Assembly (NCBI GenBank): GCA_965226795.1
Contig: CBDDDZ010000005.1
Span: 1,248,001 to 1,312,000 of the forward strand
Reading direction: 5' to 3'
DNA length: 64,000 bases
Source: Candidatus Latescibacterota bacterium
GTDB lineage: Bacteria > Latescibacterota > UBA2968 > GCA-2709665
Part shown: positions 28,503-39,880 of the stretch, in pieces
Numbering within the stretch: the stretch's first letter is position 1
How the letters are laid out: the number at the start of each line of letters is the position of its first letter
The notes under the pieces: generated by a model
What the model was told of the DNA's origin: nothing
What the model saw: only the letters and a program-made list of their open reading frames with translations
Databases searched by the model: none
Program-made: the position numbers and the translations under genes

Positions 28503-29540
28503 ATGGCCCTGAACGAATCCGTTCTGCTGGACGTGAAGAACCTGCGCAAGTATTTCCCCATCACCGAAGGGATTCTGAAGCGGGTGGTGGGACAGGTGAA
28601 GGCGGTGGACGGCGTCAGTTTCGCGGTGAAGAAACAGGAGACGCTGGGCCTGATCGGCGAGAGCGGGTGCGGCAAGACAACGGTAGGCCGGAGCATTCTG
28701 AGGGCGATCGAACCGACCGACGGAGAGGTGCTCTTCGAGGACGGAGGACGGATGGTAGACGTCTGTCGTCTGTCCCGGAGGGAGTTGAGGAAGTTTCGCA
28801 GGCACATGCAGATGGTGTTTCAGGATCCGTATTCGTCGCTGAATCCCCGGATGACGGTATTCGCTATCGTTGCGGAGCCGCTAGTGGTGAACCGGATCGC
28901 GCGGGGCGCCGAACTGGAGGATCGCGTCGCGGAGTTGCTCAGGGTCGTCGGGCTGGACCCTCAGTTTATGCGCCGTTATCCTCACGCGTTCAGCGGGGGG
29001 CAGCGGCAGCGGATCGGCGTCGCCAGAGCCTTGGCGTTGAACCCCAGGCTGATCATAGGTGATGAACCCGTATCGGCGCTGGACGTGTCGGTTCAGGCTC
29101 AGGTGTTGAACCTGCTCCAGGAACTGCAGGAGCGGATGGGGCTCACCTATCTGTTCATTTCCCACGATCTGGCCGTGGTGGAGCATATCAGCGACCGTAT
29201 CGCCATCATGTACGTGGGCCAGATCGTGGAGTTGGCGGACGAAGAGACGCTGTTCGCCACGCCCAGACACCCCTATACCGAAGCGCTTTTGTCGGCCGTC
29301 CCAAAGCCCGATCCGGCATACAAGAAGCGGAACATCCCGCTCCAGGGCGAAGTGGCCGATCCGGCGAATCCGCCCGCGGGATGCTATTTCCACCCCCGGT
29401 GCCCGTACGCCGAGGACGTGTGCCGGGAGGAATCACCGGAACTCGTCAACATCTCGCCGCTGTCCCGCTCGGATAGAGATCCGCACTACGTCCGCTGCCA
29501 TTTCAGCGAGACGCTTCGGCTGGTGGGCGTCGAGGCATGA
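28503..29540 (+). CDS. ABC transporter ATP-binding protein, DppF/OppF family
   Basis: [31 protein letters not shown] at 28503 behind AGGT. Confidence 0.95.
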   Translation: MALNESVLLDVKNLRKYFPITEGILKRVVGQVKAVDGVSFAVKKQETLGLIGESGCGKTTVGRSILRAIEPTDGEVLFEDGGRMVDVCRLSRRELRKFRRHMQMVFQDPYSSLNPRMTVFAIVAEPLVVNRIARGAELEDRVAELLRVVGLDPQFMRRYPHAFSGGQRQRIGVARALALNPRLIIGDEPVSALDVSVQAQVLNLLQELQERMGLTYLFISHDLAVVEHISDRIAIMYVGQIVELADEETLFATPRHPYTEALLSAVPKPDPAYKKRNIPLQGEVADPANPPAGCYFHPRCPYAEDVCREESPELVNISPLSRSDRDPHYVRCHFSETLRLVGVEA

Positions 29541-31465
29541 TGAAATTTCGGAAACCGTCCTGCCGGAAGGTTGGTCCCGTGTTTAAATCCGTTTTTTGGC
29601 TAGCCTGTCTGTTTTCTTTCGCGGATTCCGTCGCGGCGTCTCCGGAGGCGCTGAATGAAGCGCCGCCGCTCCGTGAGCGCGTCCGCACGGGCCAACTTCC
29701 GCCGCTTCGGGAGCGGCTGCCCGACGTGCCGGCGGTGGTGCAGCCCGTGGAGCGGATCGGCCGGTACGGCGGAACGTGGCGGCGGGTACACATGGGCATG
29801 CCGGACCGGGCCGGGTGGATGCGGCTGACGTACGACCCTCTCCTGCGCTGGTCGAAGGACTACACCCGGGTAGAGCCCAATCTAGCCCGGTCGTGGGAGG
29901 TTTCCGAGGACGGAAGGGAATTTACGTTCCACTTGCGGAAGGGGCTTCGTTGGTCCGACGGGACGCCGTTCACCTCGGACGATTACATGTTCTGGTACGA
30001 AGACGTTATCCGTAACGACGATCTGAATCCCGTCAAGCCGAGTTGGCTCACGATCGCCGGCGAACTGGGCGTTGTCGAGCGTGTGGACGCCCATACGATC
30101 CGGTTTCGCTTTGTGAAACCGAACGGCGTGATCCTGCAGTGGCTGGCATCATGGACCGATGTGGTCGCCGGTCCGCCGCCGAAGCACTATCTCAAGCGGT
30201 TCCATCCCAACTATGTTTTGGAAACTGAACTGGACGCCCTTGTCGTCGCTGAAGGGTACGACACGTGGATGGCGCTATACGAGACCAAGAGCGATGCGTT
30301 TCTGAATCCCGATCGGCCTGTCCTTTGCGCTTGGCAGGCAAGGACGGGAGCGGATGCGGCCATCTTCATCGCGGAGCGCAACCCGTATTACTGGAAGGTG
30401 GATCCGGAAGGGAACCAGCTTCCCTACATCGACCGGGTGGAAATGACGCTTGTGCAGAGCGCGGAGACGGTTACGCTCAAGGCCATTGCCGGAGAGATCG
30501 ATATGCAGAGCCGGCGGGTCGAGTTCATGAATTATCCGTTGCTGATGGAGCACCGCGAGCGTGGCGGATACCGGGTATTGCGCTGGAAGCCGGCAACCAC
30601 GGGGCAGGGAACCGTGTATCTGAATCAGAACTACACCCACCAGGATTCCGTGATGGGCGCGTTGCTCAGAGATCGCCGCTTCAGACGGGCGCTGTCTCTC
30701 GGCATCGACCGCCGGCAAATCATCGATCTGTTCTATATGGGGGTGACCGAGCCCAGGCAGGTCGTCCCGTATACGAATGAATTGCATGGTGTACCGGGTA
30801 CCGATACGCTGTACACTTCTTATGACCCGGATCGGGCGAATCGTCTCCTGGACAAGGTCGGACTGGACGGACGCGATCATGCGGGATACCGGCTGCGCCC
30901 CGATGGAAAGAGGCTGAAGTTCACCATTGCCGGATTTACGCCCGGTACGGCCTACGTGGACGTGGCCGAATTGCTGGCCTCCCAGTGGACCGCGCTGGGC
31001 ATCCAGTCCACGGTCAAACCCGAAGATGTGGCGCTGTGGGTGACGCGCGCGACGGCCGGCGAACACCACGTATCCGTCTACGCCGCGTCGGGCGGATTTC
31101 GGCCGCTGATGGATCCCGTGTGGTTCTTCCCTTCGGCGTCCACGGCCTATTGGGCGCCCCTCCACGGCCTCTGGTACAGCAGCGGGGGCAGGGCCGGAGA
31201 AAAACCGACCGGTGATATTGCACGCATCGTGGAGATATACGAGAAGGCGATGACCACGGTGGACGAAGTAGAGCAGGTGGCGCTCGTGAAGCAGGCGGTG
31301 CGGTTGCACGCGGAGAATCTGTGGCGGATTGGCGTGTGCGGAGGATTCGACGGGTTGTTCGTGGTCAGGAACGACTTCCGGAATGTACCCGAATTCGGCC
31401 TGAGCGATAACCCGCTGCTCACGCCGGGGTATACGCACCCTGAGCAGTATTTCTTCGACCGGTAG
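29537..31465 (+). CDS. ABC transporter substrate-binding protein, family 5
   Basis: [65 protein letters not shown]. Confidence 0.93.
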   Translation: MMKFRKPSCRKVGPVFKSVFWLACLFSFADSVAASPEALNEAPPLRERVRTGQLPPLRERLPDVPAVVQPVERIGRYGGTWRRVHMGMPDRAGWMRLTYDPLLRWSKDYTRVEPNLARSWEVSEDGREFTFHLRKGLRWSDGTPFTSDDYMFWYEDVIRNDDLNPVKPSWLTIAGELGVVERVDAHTIRFRFVKPNGVILQWLASWTDVVAGPPPKHYLKRFHPNYVLETELDALVVAEGYDTWMALYETKSDAFLNPDRPVLCAWQARTGADAAIFIAERNPYYWKVDPEGNQLPYIDRVEMTLVQSAETVTLKAIAGEIDMQSRRVEFMNYPLLMEHRERGGYRVLRWKPATTGQGTVYLNQNYTHQDSVMGALLRDRRFRRALSLGIDRRQIIDLFYMGVTEPRQVVPYTNELHGVPGTDTLYTSYDPDRANRLLDKVGLDGRDHAGYRLRPDGKRLKFTIAGFTPGTAYVDVAELLASQWTALGIQSTVKPEDVALWVTRATAGEHHVSVYAASGGFRPLMDPVWFFPSASTAYWAPLHGLWYSSGGRAGEKPTGDIARIVEIYEKAMTTVDEVEQVALVKQAVRLHAENLWRIGVCGGFDGLFVVRNDFRNVPEFGLSDNPLLTPGYTHPEQYFFDR

Positions 31466-31702
31466 CGCCAGAAGGGATGCTGTCAGTGGCTACCACAGAC
31501 AATGGTGCGCAAGGGTTGAGGGCGTCGCGGGGTTCGTTTCGGGTGGGAGAATTGGCTCGGGAGCGGCTCACATAACGCGGTTCTCAACGTCTTCGACGAC
31601 ATAATCGGACTGGCGATTCGCCGGCCTTGTCGCACTAACGAGGTATCCCGATCATTTCATAGCCGTTGGGGATCGTCCGGTTTTCCTCTGGCTGTATGCT
31701 AT

Positions 31703-31735
31703 AAAAAAGGAAGTTGAGAATTGTCCCCAACTTCC
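31703..31735 (-). terminator. Rho-independent terminator of tRNA-Arg
   Basis: Minus strand GGAAGTTG..CAACTTCC hairpin followed by TTTTTT. Confidence 0.75.
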
Positions 31736-31745
31736 CCGTATAAAC

Positions 31746-31822
31746 TGGTGCGGATGCCAGGATTCGAACCCGGAACCGCCTGGTCCGTAGCCAGGTGCTC
31801 TATCCAGTTGAGCCACATCCGC
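31746..31822 (-). tRNA. tRNA-Arg (anticodon ACG)
   Basis: Reverse strand GCGGATG...CCTGG-CTACGGA-CCAGG...GGTTCGAATCC...CATCCGC-ACCA. 77 nt. Confidence 0.97.
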
Positions 31823-31870
31823 ACGGTTTTGATTGGCCAAAGCGCCGGTTTTGAAATTTCGCGGCCACAT

Positions 31871-31899
31871 AAATTAACCAAAACACGCGGCGGTGTCAA
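31871..31899 (-). promoter_or_regulatory. Sigma-70 promoter of tRNA-Arg
   Basis: TTGACA-N17-TAATTT. Confidence 0.7.
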
Positions 31900-32009
31900 G
31901 GAATCCGGAATATCAAACATGCCCGGTTCCATGGCTTTGCGTCGCGTCGGCCGCATAGAATCGGTTGGGTGCGGCCAACCGTCGGTTTACTCTTCATCAG
32001 GAGCCCGAG

Positions 32010-34094
32010 ATGGCTGAATTTGAAGCGCCTGTATACGATGCCGGGAGATTCTGGGGACAGGTGAAACGCGGCGTTGCGCGGCTTGATCTACCGGAGGATG
32101 TGTCGGACCCGGCGGACGAGGCGGCCGCCTGGCGCGCGTGGCATGCCTATCTGGCAGTCAGGCCGGAGCCCACGTGGCATTTCGATTCGGATCGATTCGG
32201 TGACACCGTCCGTACGCACTGGCCGGGGTTGGCGCGCGTGTGGATCGAGCAGTCGGACCTGCTGATCGACGGGAAGATGAATTACGGCGAGGACGCCGTG
32301 TCCTATGTGCCCGGGATCGGTCTGGACTGGAACGCGAACCCGCACAAAACGACGAACTGGGGCGGGTTGCACTATATGTTTTTCCTGAGGTGGCCGATCC
32401 GCGCCGCGATGTTGACCGGCGAAGGGAAGTACGTTCGCGTGGTCTCGGACTGCCTGCGCAGCTATCTCGAGCAAATGGACGACATCCGGGACGAAGCGCT
32501 TGTGATGGGGCGCGGTGCGAAGGAGGGCGGATACTACGCGGTCTGGAATACGCTGGCCGTGGGGCTGAAGCTGAAGGCGCTGGGCGAGGCGCTGTACGCA
32601 CTTCGCGCCCATCCGGACTGGGCCGTGGCCGATTGCCGGGCCGCATCCATCATGATCTGGCGCCTCGCGCGGCATCTGTACGTGCAGGTGGCGGCACAGA
32701 CCGCGGTGGAGTGGCAGCAGCAACTGAATTTCATCGCCTCCGGCAGCGGTGGATTGGGAGGCGTGGGTGCGTTGCTTCCCGAATGGGAGGCCGCGGAGGG
32801 TTGGCTGGAAACCGGCCGTCAGATCCAGGAGGTGCTGCTCCTGAACCAGGTGTATCCCGACGGGTTTCAAAAGGAAATATGTACGCAATACCATAAGACG
32901 GTCATCCGGTCATTTGCCACGCTGCAGATGATTCTGACCCGCCGGGGCCTGCCGAGCTTTTACGATACGGAACCGTACCGGTCGCGGTTTCTTGCGATGC
33001 ACCGGTTCCTTGCTGAGATTCTGACGCCCGACGGGTTTACACCAGCCATCAATTCGGCGGTGTACGCGCAGGACTGGCCCGCGTTTCTGGCCGCGGGAAA
33101 CTCGTTCTTCAAGGACCCGGTGCTTCAGTGGCACATCGACCATGGGTACGATCCCGAACTCGTGCCGGTTCAGAAAGGCGGCCCCGGTTGGGGAAATACC
33201 ATTTTGAACGACCTGTGTGTTCCGAAACCGGAAGGTGTGTCCGTCCAGGCGCCCGCACCGGTTTCACAACTGTTTCCCGATTCCGGCGTCGCAGTTCTCC
33301 GCGACGGGTGGGGCGGCGAGTCGAACGTGCTGGTCCTGGATTTCGGGCATCCGGAGGGCGGACATGCCTACGGGGCGCAGGCTTCGTTTTCGGCCTGGGT
33401 GAAGGGTCGACCGGCGGCCCTTTCTCCGGGTTCACCCTTCGCTTACAGCGATCCGGACTACAAGCCCTGGTTTTTCAGCACACGGGGGCAGAATACCGTC
33501 TGGATCGACGAGGACGACCAGGAAGCCTGGCGGCCGGGCGGGAAACGACGGATCTGGGGCCGGATGCTCGAGTGGCGGGATACGGAAGAAGAGACTTTTA
33601 TACGTGTCTCACACGACGGATATCGGCGTTCGAAAGGCGTGCGGCACGAACGCACGGTGCTGTTGAAAAAGCGCAGATATTTCCTGATCTACGACGTGCT
33701 GGATGCCACGGAGAGTAACGATTCGCGCACACTGCGCTGGACCCTGCGCTGCCCGGATGAACTGCGTGAGGAGGGCGGTCGCTCACTCGTGAGCGTCGGT
33801 GTTCCCGGCGTCAGGCTGACGCCCGCGTGGACGGAGGCGATCCGTAACGTGGAGATCGGTTGGGGGCCGAGTATGGTCCCGTTGCGCTATCGAGAGGATA
33901 TGTCGGCCCAGAAGGCGCGGATTTGCCATGCACGGTTTGTGCAGGAAGTCCCCGCCGGGGGGCAGGCGCGTTTTCTGGTGCTGATGGTGTCGGGGGATTG
34001 TCCGGACGGGGCGGTTCATGGCGAAATGGTCGACGGCGAGATTGCGGCCACCGTAACCGCATGGGGCGAAACGGACCGCATTGTTCTGAGATGA
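32010..34094 (+). CDS. Heparinase II/III-like polysaccharide lyase family protein
   Basis: QVYPDGFQKE...YH, FPDSGVAVLRDGW, GGH, STRGQNTVWID, SHDGY..VRHER. ATG behind AGGAG. Confidence 0.8.
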   Translation: MAEFEAPVYDAGRFWGQVKRGVARLDLPEDVSDPADEAAAWRAWHAYLAVRPEPTWHFDSDRFGDTVRTHWPGLARVWIEQSDLLIDGKMNYGEDAVSYVPGIGLDWNANPHKTTNWGGLHYMFFLRWPIRAAMLTGEGKYVRVVSDCLRSYLEQMDDIRDEALVMGRGAKEGGYYAVWNTLAVGLKLKALGEALYALRAHPDWAVADCRAASIMIWRLARHLYVQVAAQTAVEWQQQLNFIASGSGGLGGVGALLPEWEAAEGWLETGRQIQEVLLLNQVYPDGFQKEICTQYHKTVIRSFATLQMILTRRGLPSFYDTEPYRSRFLAMHRFLAEILTPDGFTPAINSAVYAQDWPAFLAAGNSFFKDPVLQWHIDHGYDPELVPVQKGGPGWGNTILNDLCVPKPEGVSVQAPAPVSQLFPDSGVAVLRDGWGGESNVLVLDFGHPEGGHAYGAQASFSAWVKGRPAALSPGSPFAYSDPDYKPWFFSTRGQNTVWIDEDDQEAWRPGGKRRIWGRMLEWRDTEEETFIRVSHDGYRRSKGVRHERTVLLKKRRYFLIYDVLDATESNDSRTLRWTLRCPDELREEGGRSLVSVGVPGVRLTPAWTEAIRNVEIGWGPSMVPLRYREDMSAQKARICHARFVQEVPAGGQARFLVLMVSGDCPDGAVHGEMVDGEIAATVTAWGETDRIVLR

Positions 34095-34121
34095 CGGGCT
34101 GATCCCGGGGGAGGCCAGGCG

Positions 34122-35810
34122 GTGTCGAAACAGGCGGCGAAATTGCGGGTTCGCATCGAGTGCAACGTGGAAGTAACCATGCGGGATGGCGTCGTTCTCC
34201 GGGCCGACGTGGCGCGGCCCGCCGCACCGGGAAAGTTTCCGGCGCTTGTTCAGCGTACCCCGTACGGAAAAACGGCGAATACGCAACTGGCGGAGGCGGG
34301 GTACGTGGTCATTTCACAGGACATGCGGGGGAGGTATGCTTCCGACGGCGAGTTTACACCGATGTTTATGCCGGGCTATCAGGATGCCGCGGACGGTTAC
34401 GATACCGTGGAGTGGGCGGCGGCACTGCCGTATTCGAACGGAAAGGTTGGGGTATACGGGATTTCCTATCCCTCCTGGGCGTCGTGGGAACTCGCGTCCG
34501 CCAGGCCGCCGCACCTGGTTGCAATGTTCAACGGAGGGTACGCCACGCGTTTGACGGACTGGGAACTGGGCGGCGTGTTGCGCACAGGACGCGTGCTGCA
34601 GTGGCTCTTCCGGTCCCTGGGTCCGGACCTGAGGCGCCGCAGCGGCCTGGCCTCGCCGCACACGCCGGCAGAGGCGCAGGAATCGGCCGGCAAGGATCGG
34701 GAGAAGCCGTTGTGGTTTGTGCCGCTGAAGGACATGCCGGACGAGTACGCGGGCGGCTGCCGGGAGATCTGGCACTACTGGCTGGACCACCATCACAAGG
34801 ACATTTTTGATTTTCAGAAACGGCACGAGGAGGTGGACGTGCCGGTCCTCCACATTACGGGCTGGCACGACCGGCTGGTCCTTACGGTCGATCACTTTTC
34901 GGGTATGCGCGTGAACGGCCGCACGCGGGCCGCTCGAATGGCGCAGCGGCTGGTTGTCGGTCCGTGGTCCCACGGATCGCAGGGACCGCGGCAGGTCGGC
35001 GAAATGGACTTTGGGAAATCGGCGTCGGTCGACTTCAACGGGCTGATGGTCCGCTGGTTCGATTACTGGCTCAAAGGCAAGCCGAATGAAATGATGCGGA
35101 CGGCGCCCGTCCGGTATTTCGTGATGGGAGAGAACCGGTGGCGCACGGCGGCGGCCTGGCCGGTACCCGATGCGAAGCCCGTATCGTTCCATCTGGTCTC
35201 GGACGGCGGCGCAAACGGTGCCTCCGGAGGCGGGAGGCTGATAAGAAGACGTCCCCGGGACCCCGGCAGCGACCGGTACGATTACGACCCCCGCGATCCG
35301 GTGATGTCATTGTTTTACGAGAGTTGTCAGGATGCCCCGTACGATCAGCGTCGGCTGGACGGACGGCGGGATGTGCTTGTGTATCAGACCCGCCGCCTGC
35401 GGAAGGGCGTCTGCGTGGCCGGCAGCCCGGAAGCGGTGCTGCACGCAGCGTCCAGCGCCAGGGACACGGACTTTATCGTCAAGTTGATGGATGTCCATCC
35501 GGACGGATTCGTCCATCAGGTGAGTTACGGAATCGTGCGGGCGAGATTTCGGGTCGGCTTCGACAACCCTCAGCCGCTGGTGGAGGGTCGAATCTATCAA
35601 TACCGGATCCCGATGCTCCCGACAGCGGTGTTGTTCCGGCCCGGCCATCGGATCCGGCTGGACGTGACCAGTTCGGATTTTCCGAATTTCGACCGGAATC
35701 ACAACACCGGTGGAGACGACTACGGGGAAGCCGCATTCGCGATTGCCCGGCAGGAGGTATTCCATGGGTCCGGTCACCCCTCGCATGTGATTCTGCCGGT
35801 GGTCAGTTGA
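34122..35810 (+). CDS. CocE/NonD family serine hydrolase
   Basis: MRDGVVLRADV, RTPYGK, QDMRGRYASDG, GISY nucleophile, GPWSH, SSDFPNFDRNHNTG. Confidence 0.93.
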   Translation: MSKQAAKLRVRIECNVEVTMRDGVVLRADVARPAAPGKFPALVQRTPYGKTANTQLAEAGYVVISQDMRGRYASDGEFTPMFMPGYQDAADGYDTVEWAAALPYSNGKVGVYGISYPSWASWELASARPPHLVAMFNGGYATRLTDWELGGVLRTGRVLQWLFRSLGPDLRRRSGLASPHTPAEAQESAGKDREKPLWFVPLKDMPDEYAGGCREIWHYWLDHHHKDIFDFQKRHEEVDVPVLHITGWHDRLVLTVDHFSGMRVNGRTRAARMAQRLVVGPWSHGSQGPRQVGEMDFGKSASVDFNGLMVRWFDYWLKGKPNEMMRTAPVRYFVMGENRWRTAAAWPVPDAKPVSFHLVSDGGANGASGGGRLIRRRPRDPGSDRYDYDPRDPVMSLFYESCQDAPYDQRRLDGRRDVLVYQTRRLRKGVCVAGSPEAVLHAASSARDTDFIVKLMDVHPDGFVHQVSYGIVRARFRVGFDNPQPLVEGRIYQYRIPMLPTAVLFRPGHRIRLDVTSSDFPNFDRNHNTGGDDYGEAAFAIARQEVFHGSGHPSHVILPVVS

Positions 35811-35822
35811 AGGCTCCTGGGC

Positions 35823-35851
35823 TTGACACCACGCGGCCGCCGGCTTATTTT
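35823..35851 (+). promoter_or_regulatory. Sigma-70 promoter
   Basis: TTGACA-N17-TATTTT upstream of 35944. Confidence 0.55.
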
Positions 35852-35943
35852 GCATTCGCGCGGGAGACGGTGTTGGTCCGTCGTGCGACTCCAGGCTCGT
35901 ACGCCCGACCGGTTTTTCGTCAATCAGGAACGGAGAGAAGACG

Positions 35944-37188
35944 ATGATCGATCTTACAACCAATCGCCCGATAACGGCGCGGGACGAAATGGTGTTGACG
36001 GTGGGGCCGGGCGAAGGGGATCTGCGGGGAAATGACGACAAGGTGCTGCAGGCCGGCGCAGACTATCTCCGGCGGCTCGGAGGCGGAACCCTGCAGATTC
36101 TCCCCGGCGTGTATACGATGCGCAACGCGCTTTATCTGCATCCGAACCTGACGGTGCGGGGCGCGGGCGAAGCCACGGTACTGAGAAAAACGCCGGGTTT
36201 CAGGACGCATCTGGTGCGGGATTCGGACTGGTACGAAGCGAGGGTGGCCGTCCGGGACGCGGATGGGTTCAGTGTGGGGTGTGGTGTGATGTTGCGGGCC
36301 GTTCGGGGCGGAGACGGCCGGATGGAGGTAGTAAAGGATACGGTGACGGCGGTGGAAGGCAACCTGGTTTCGCTGAGCAAGCGGATCTACAAGAATATGT
36401 GGCTGGAAGAGCGGGCGACGTTGGCAACCATTTTCCCGATTCTGACCGCGGAAGAGGGCGTACACGACGTACGGATTGAGAACCTCGTACTCGATGGGAA
36501 CCGTGAGGAAAATGAGGAGATAAACGGGAACTATTCCGGTGCGGTGTTCCTGCAGCGTTGTCACAGGTACCGGTTCTCGAACGTTAGCGCCCGGAACTAC
36601 AACGGGGACGGGTTCAGCTTTCAGGTCTGCGACGATTTCGTCTTTGAGAACTGCGTGTCGGAGCGGAACGCGAACCTGGGATTCCATCCCGGCAGCGGGT
36701 CGCAACGGCCGGTGTTCCGGAACTGCCGTTCCACGGGCAACAGCCAGGGCATCTTTTTCTGCTGGGGGGTGTCGGACGGCCTCGCGGAGAATTGTATCTG
36801 TTCGGACAATCTCGACTTTGGCATCTCCATCGGACACAGAGACACGGATAATCGGATTCAGAATTGCACCATCGAGCGCAACCATAAGGTGGGCGTGCTT
36901 TTTCGCGAGCCCCAGGCCGAATTCAGAGGCGCTCACCGGAACGTCGTGGCGTCCTGCGATATTCGGGACAACGGATTTACCGGGGACGGAACGGGTGTGG
37001 ACATTCGCGGGGAGACGCACCGTGTGGAAATTCGCAACTGCCGGATCGAAGACACCGGCGGGGGAAAACAGAAGATCGGCATACGGATTGACGAACGGTC
37101 AAAAGATACCGTGGTCGATGGGAATCAGTTCCGGAACCTGGAAGAAAACGTCCTGGCAGGAGGCGTCAGAGCGGCCGCGCGAGTCTAA
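35944..37188 (+). CDS. Right-handed parallel beta-helix repeat protein (pectin-lyase-like fold)
   Basis: GGGTLQILPGVY, IENLVLDGN, repeated 'ENCxxxxNxxxG' coils. Confidence 0.8.
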   Translation: MIDLTTNRPITARDEMVLTVGPGEGDLRGNDDKVLQAGADYLRRLGGGTLQILPGVYTMRNALYLHPNLTVRGAGEATVLRKTPGFRTHLVRDSDWYEARVAVRDADGFSVGCGVMLRAVRGGDGRMEVVKDTVTAVEGNLVSLSKRIYKNMWLEERATLATIFPILTAEEGVHDVRIENLVLDGNREENEEINGNYSGAVFLQRCHRYRFSNVSARNYNGDGFSFQVCDDFVFENCVSERNANLGFHPGSGSQRPVFRNCRSTGNSQGIFFCWGVSDGLAENCICSDNLDFGISIGHRDTDNRIQNCTIERNHKVGVLFREPQAEFRGAHRNVVASCDIRDNGFTGDGTGVDIRGETHRVEIRNCRIEDTGGGKQKIGIRIDERSKDTVVDGNQFRNLEENVLAGGVRAAARV

Positions 37189-37300
37189 GTGTCCTGTCCC
37201 GGAAATATGTCACCATTCATCCGCCTGTATGCGTGCGTGAGACAGTACGCACAGGCAGGCGGGTTCATCCCGTCTCGCTGCGTTGCTTGCACTGCCGGTG

Positions 37301-37408
37301 CTGAGCCTGTCGAAGCAAGCTTGTCGAAGTGCGTCCGTCGCATGCGTTGAGCTTGTCGAAACGAGCTTGTCGAAACGCCCGCGTTTCGTTACCCTTCGAC
37401 AGGCTCAG
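37301..37408. repeat. REP-like palindromic element with internal direct repeats
   Basis: Perfect 15-bp inverted repeat CTGAGCCTGTCGAAG / CTTCGACAGGCTCAG enclosing three more AGCTTGTCGAA copies. Confidence 0.8.
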
Positions 37409-37523
37409 GGTGCATGCCCGGTTTGGGGGATCTGTTTCAGGCAAAGAACGCCATGTGTGTCCCTCGCCGTTGTTATTCTATGAAAAATCGATCAGTTCGA
37501 ATAAATAACTCAGGCAACATCGG

Positions 37524-37787
37524 ATGGTTCAATACGTCGTAAGGAGCAATCCAATGGTTGAACCGTTGAGCGAAGCGGAGATGAAGGACAAGGCGATCCG
37601 GTACCTGAAGTCGCAGTACGGCGAGGACACGGTGCGGATGGACGTTCGGAACAACGGCGTGGAAGATGGCAGCGGGGTACTGCACGTGGACTGCACCGTG
37701 AGCGTGGGCGGGTCGCTATCCGATTGGACGAAGTGGTTCACGTTCAGGCAGGGCGAAGTGGTAAGCATGCGCTGGCAGATGCGGTAG
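37524..37787 (+). CDS. Small hypothetical protein
   Basis: Plausible alpha/beta sequence, GC3-rich codons, co-oriented with neighbours. Start may be the internal Met (MVEPL). Confidence 0.6.
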   Translation: MVQYVVRSNPMVEPLSEAEMKDKAIRYLKSQYGEDTVRMDVRNNGVEDGSGVLHVDCTVSVGGSLSDWTKWFTFRQGEVVSMRWQMR

Positions 37788-37930
37788 GGCGCGCCCCCGA
37801 CGTCGTTCGGGAATCGAAGGTCCGCGCCGCCGGGGTTCATGCCGGGCGGAGATCTGTACCCAACGGGGTTTTTCGCGTACCGGGTCGCTGGCGTACCCCT
37901 GTTACGGAGCCTGAATTGGGAGGATGTCCC

Positions 37931-38773
37931 ATGCCGATCAAGAATCGCAGTGTCCGCATCGGAATGTTGAAGGCGATGCCCGCCAAATGGGATCTTGAAG
38001 CAAATTGGGCCGTGTTCGAGCATGAGTTCGCCCGGTGTAATGCCAGCGGACTGGATGTATTCGTTACGCCGGAGTGTTTCCTTGACGGGTACGCGGTGAC
38101 CGAGGCGGATTGGACCGTGCGAAGGTTCCTGTCCGTCGCTCAGACGGTGGGGGAGAGCTCATACGTCCGAAACGTTCTGGATCTGGCGCGGAGGGCAAAA
38201 ACGCACATCGTGTTCGGTTTTACGGAATTGAAGGAGGGCTTTTTCTACAACGCGGCTCTGCTGGCCGGACGCAATGGCGAGATCCTGGGCACGTATTACA
38301 AGACGCATCTTCAGAACCACGACCGTCGATTCGCCCCTGGGCGGGATCTTCCCGTATTCGCACTGGATTTCGGTACCGTGGGCCTGGCGATCTGCGCCGA
38401 CCGCCGATGGCCGGAGTCCATCCGCGTCCTCAGATTGAAAGGCGCCGAGGTCTGTCTGATGCCGACGTACGGGATGTGGCATCTGGATAACGAGTGGTGG
38501 ATGCGCACGCGGTCCTACGAGAACCAGATGTTCGTCTGCTTCACGCATCCCAACGTGGCGTTGATTACGGGCCCGAAGGGCCAACTTGACGCTAAACTTC
38601 AGTCGAACGTGCCCGATGTGCTGGTGCACGAAATTGACCTGTCAACCGTGACCGGCGGGAACCATCTGGAGGACCGAAGGCCGGAACTGTACGGGATTCT
38701 GTCGGATGAAACCCATCCGTCCCGCCAGGCGCCGTACGAGCCGGCCACAACCGATGGCGAGTGGAGGCAATGA
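37931..38773 (+). CDS. Carbon-nitrogen hydrolase (nitrilase superfamily)
   Basis: Glu-Lys-Cys triad in TPECFL, YYKTHL and AICADRRWPE. RBS GGAGG. Confidence 0.9.
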   Translation: MPIKNRSVRIGMLKAMPAKWDLEANWAVFEHEFARCNASGLDVFVTPECFLDGYAVTEADWTVRRFLSVAQTVGESSYVRNVLDLARRAKTHIVFGFTELKEGFFYNAALLAGRNGEILGTYYKTHLQNHDRRFAPGRDLPVFALDFGTVGLAICADRRWPESIRVLRLKGAEVCLMPTYGMWHLDNEWWMRTRSYENQMFVCFTHPNVALITGPKGQLDAKLQSNVPDVLVHEIDLSTVTGGNHLEDRRPELYGILSDETHPSRQAPYEPATTDGEWRQ

Positions 38774-38774
38774 G

Positions 38775-39794
38775 GTGACAGAAGGCAAGCTGGACGCCGC
38801 AATTATCGGCTGCGGGAATATGGGAAGAACCCATGCGCTGTCGCTCGCGGGCTTTGAAGACGTATCTCTGCGCATGTTGGTGGATACAGACGCAGACGCG
38901 GCCCGATCGCTGGGTGCGGAGGTCTCGGCCGCGGCGGTGAGCACGGAATTCGAACGGGCACTTGACGACCCTGCCGTCGACGTTGTGCTCATCTGCACGC
39001 ACCACCACCTCCACGCGCCCATGTGTGTGGCGGCGGCGGAAGCCGGTAAGGATATCTTTTGCGAGAAGCCGCTGGCGATCCACATCGAGGATTGCGTTGC
39101 GATCGAGGAGGCTGTAAATGCGGCGGGCGTTAAGTTCATGGCAGGTTTTCAGGCCCGGTTCTCGCCGTTTTTCCTGAAGCTGAAGGAGGTCGCGCCGCGG
39201 CCGTGGTTGACGATCGCACAGTATTTCGATCCCAGGTGGGGAGAACAGAGCTGGGCGAACGACCCGGTTGCCGGGGGAGGCAACGTGTTGAGTCAGGGGT
39301 GTCACTGTTTCGACGCGGTTCGTTTCCTGAATGGGTCCGAGGTGGTATCGATTTACGCGGCGGGTGGTAACTATCACCATCCCACGTTGCCCATCACGGA
39401 CGCGGTGGCGTGTACGCTTCGGTTTGTGGACGGGGCGGTCGCCAATGTCGCGATAGGCGACGTGGGCAAACCGGCGTTGATGGGAAAGGCGGCCTACCAG
39501 GTCTTCGCGGGGGACGCGACCGCGAGTCTGTTCAACTACCACTGGAATCCCGAGATTCGCCTCTGGGGCGCCGAGCCCGGCCGGCTGACAATTGCCGATA
39601 TCCCCGGATGCGACGATAGCGACTTTGCACATGGTTACACGCAGCAGATGCGTGCGGTTGTGGACTGGTCGCTCAGGGGCATCGACCCGGTGCACGCGGC
39701 GAAATTGGACGACGGCGTTCGGGCGACAACGCTTGCCCTCCGGGCCATTGAAGCGATTCGCACCGGTGAGGTCCAGGAGCTGAACTGGGTGTAG
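38775..39794 (+). CDS. Gfo/Idh/MocA family oxidoreductase
   Basis: IIGCGNMG Rossmann motif, CEKPLA, GGG..QGCH.FD. Confidence 0.92.
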   Translation: MTEGKLDAAIIGCGNMGRTHALSLAGFEDVSLRMLVDTDADAARSLGAEVSAAAVSTEFERALDDPAVDVVLICTHHHLHAPMCVAAAEAGKDIFCEKPLAIHIEDCVAIEEAVNAAGVKFMAGFQARFSPFFLKLKEVAPRPWLTIAQYFDPRWGEQSWANDPVAGGGNVLSQGCHCFDAVRFLNGSEVVSIYAAGGNYHHPTLPITDAVACTLRFVDGAVANVAIGDVGKPALMGKAAYQVFAGDATASLFNYHWNPEIRLWGAEPGRLTIADIPGCDDSDFAHGYTQQMRAVVDWSLRGIDPVHAAKLDDGVRATTLALRAIEAIRTGEVQELNWV

Positions 39795-39880
39795 GCGCTT
39801 TTCCGGGTGCGGCGCGCGCTCGGAAACGCACTGGGAATCTTAAGACCGCTTCTAAGCAGCGGACGAAAGGGACTCGACAA

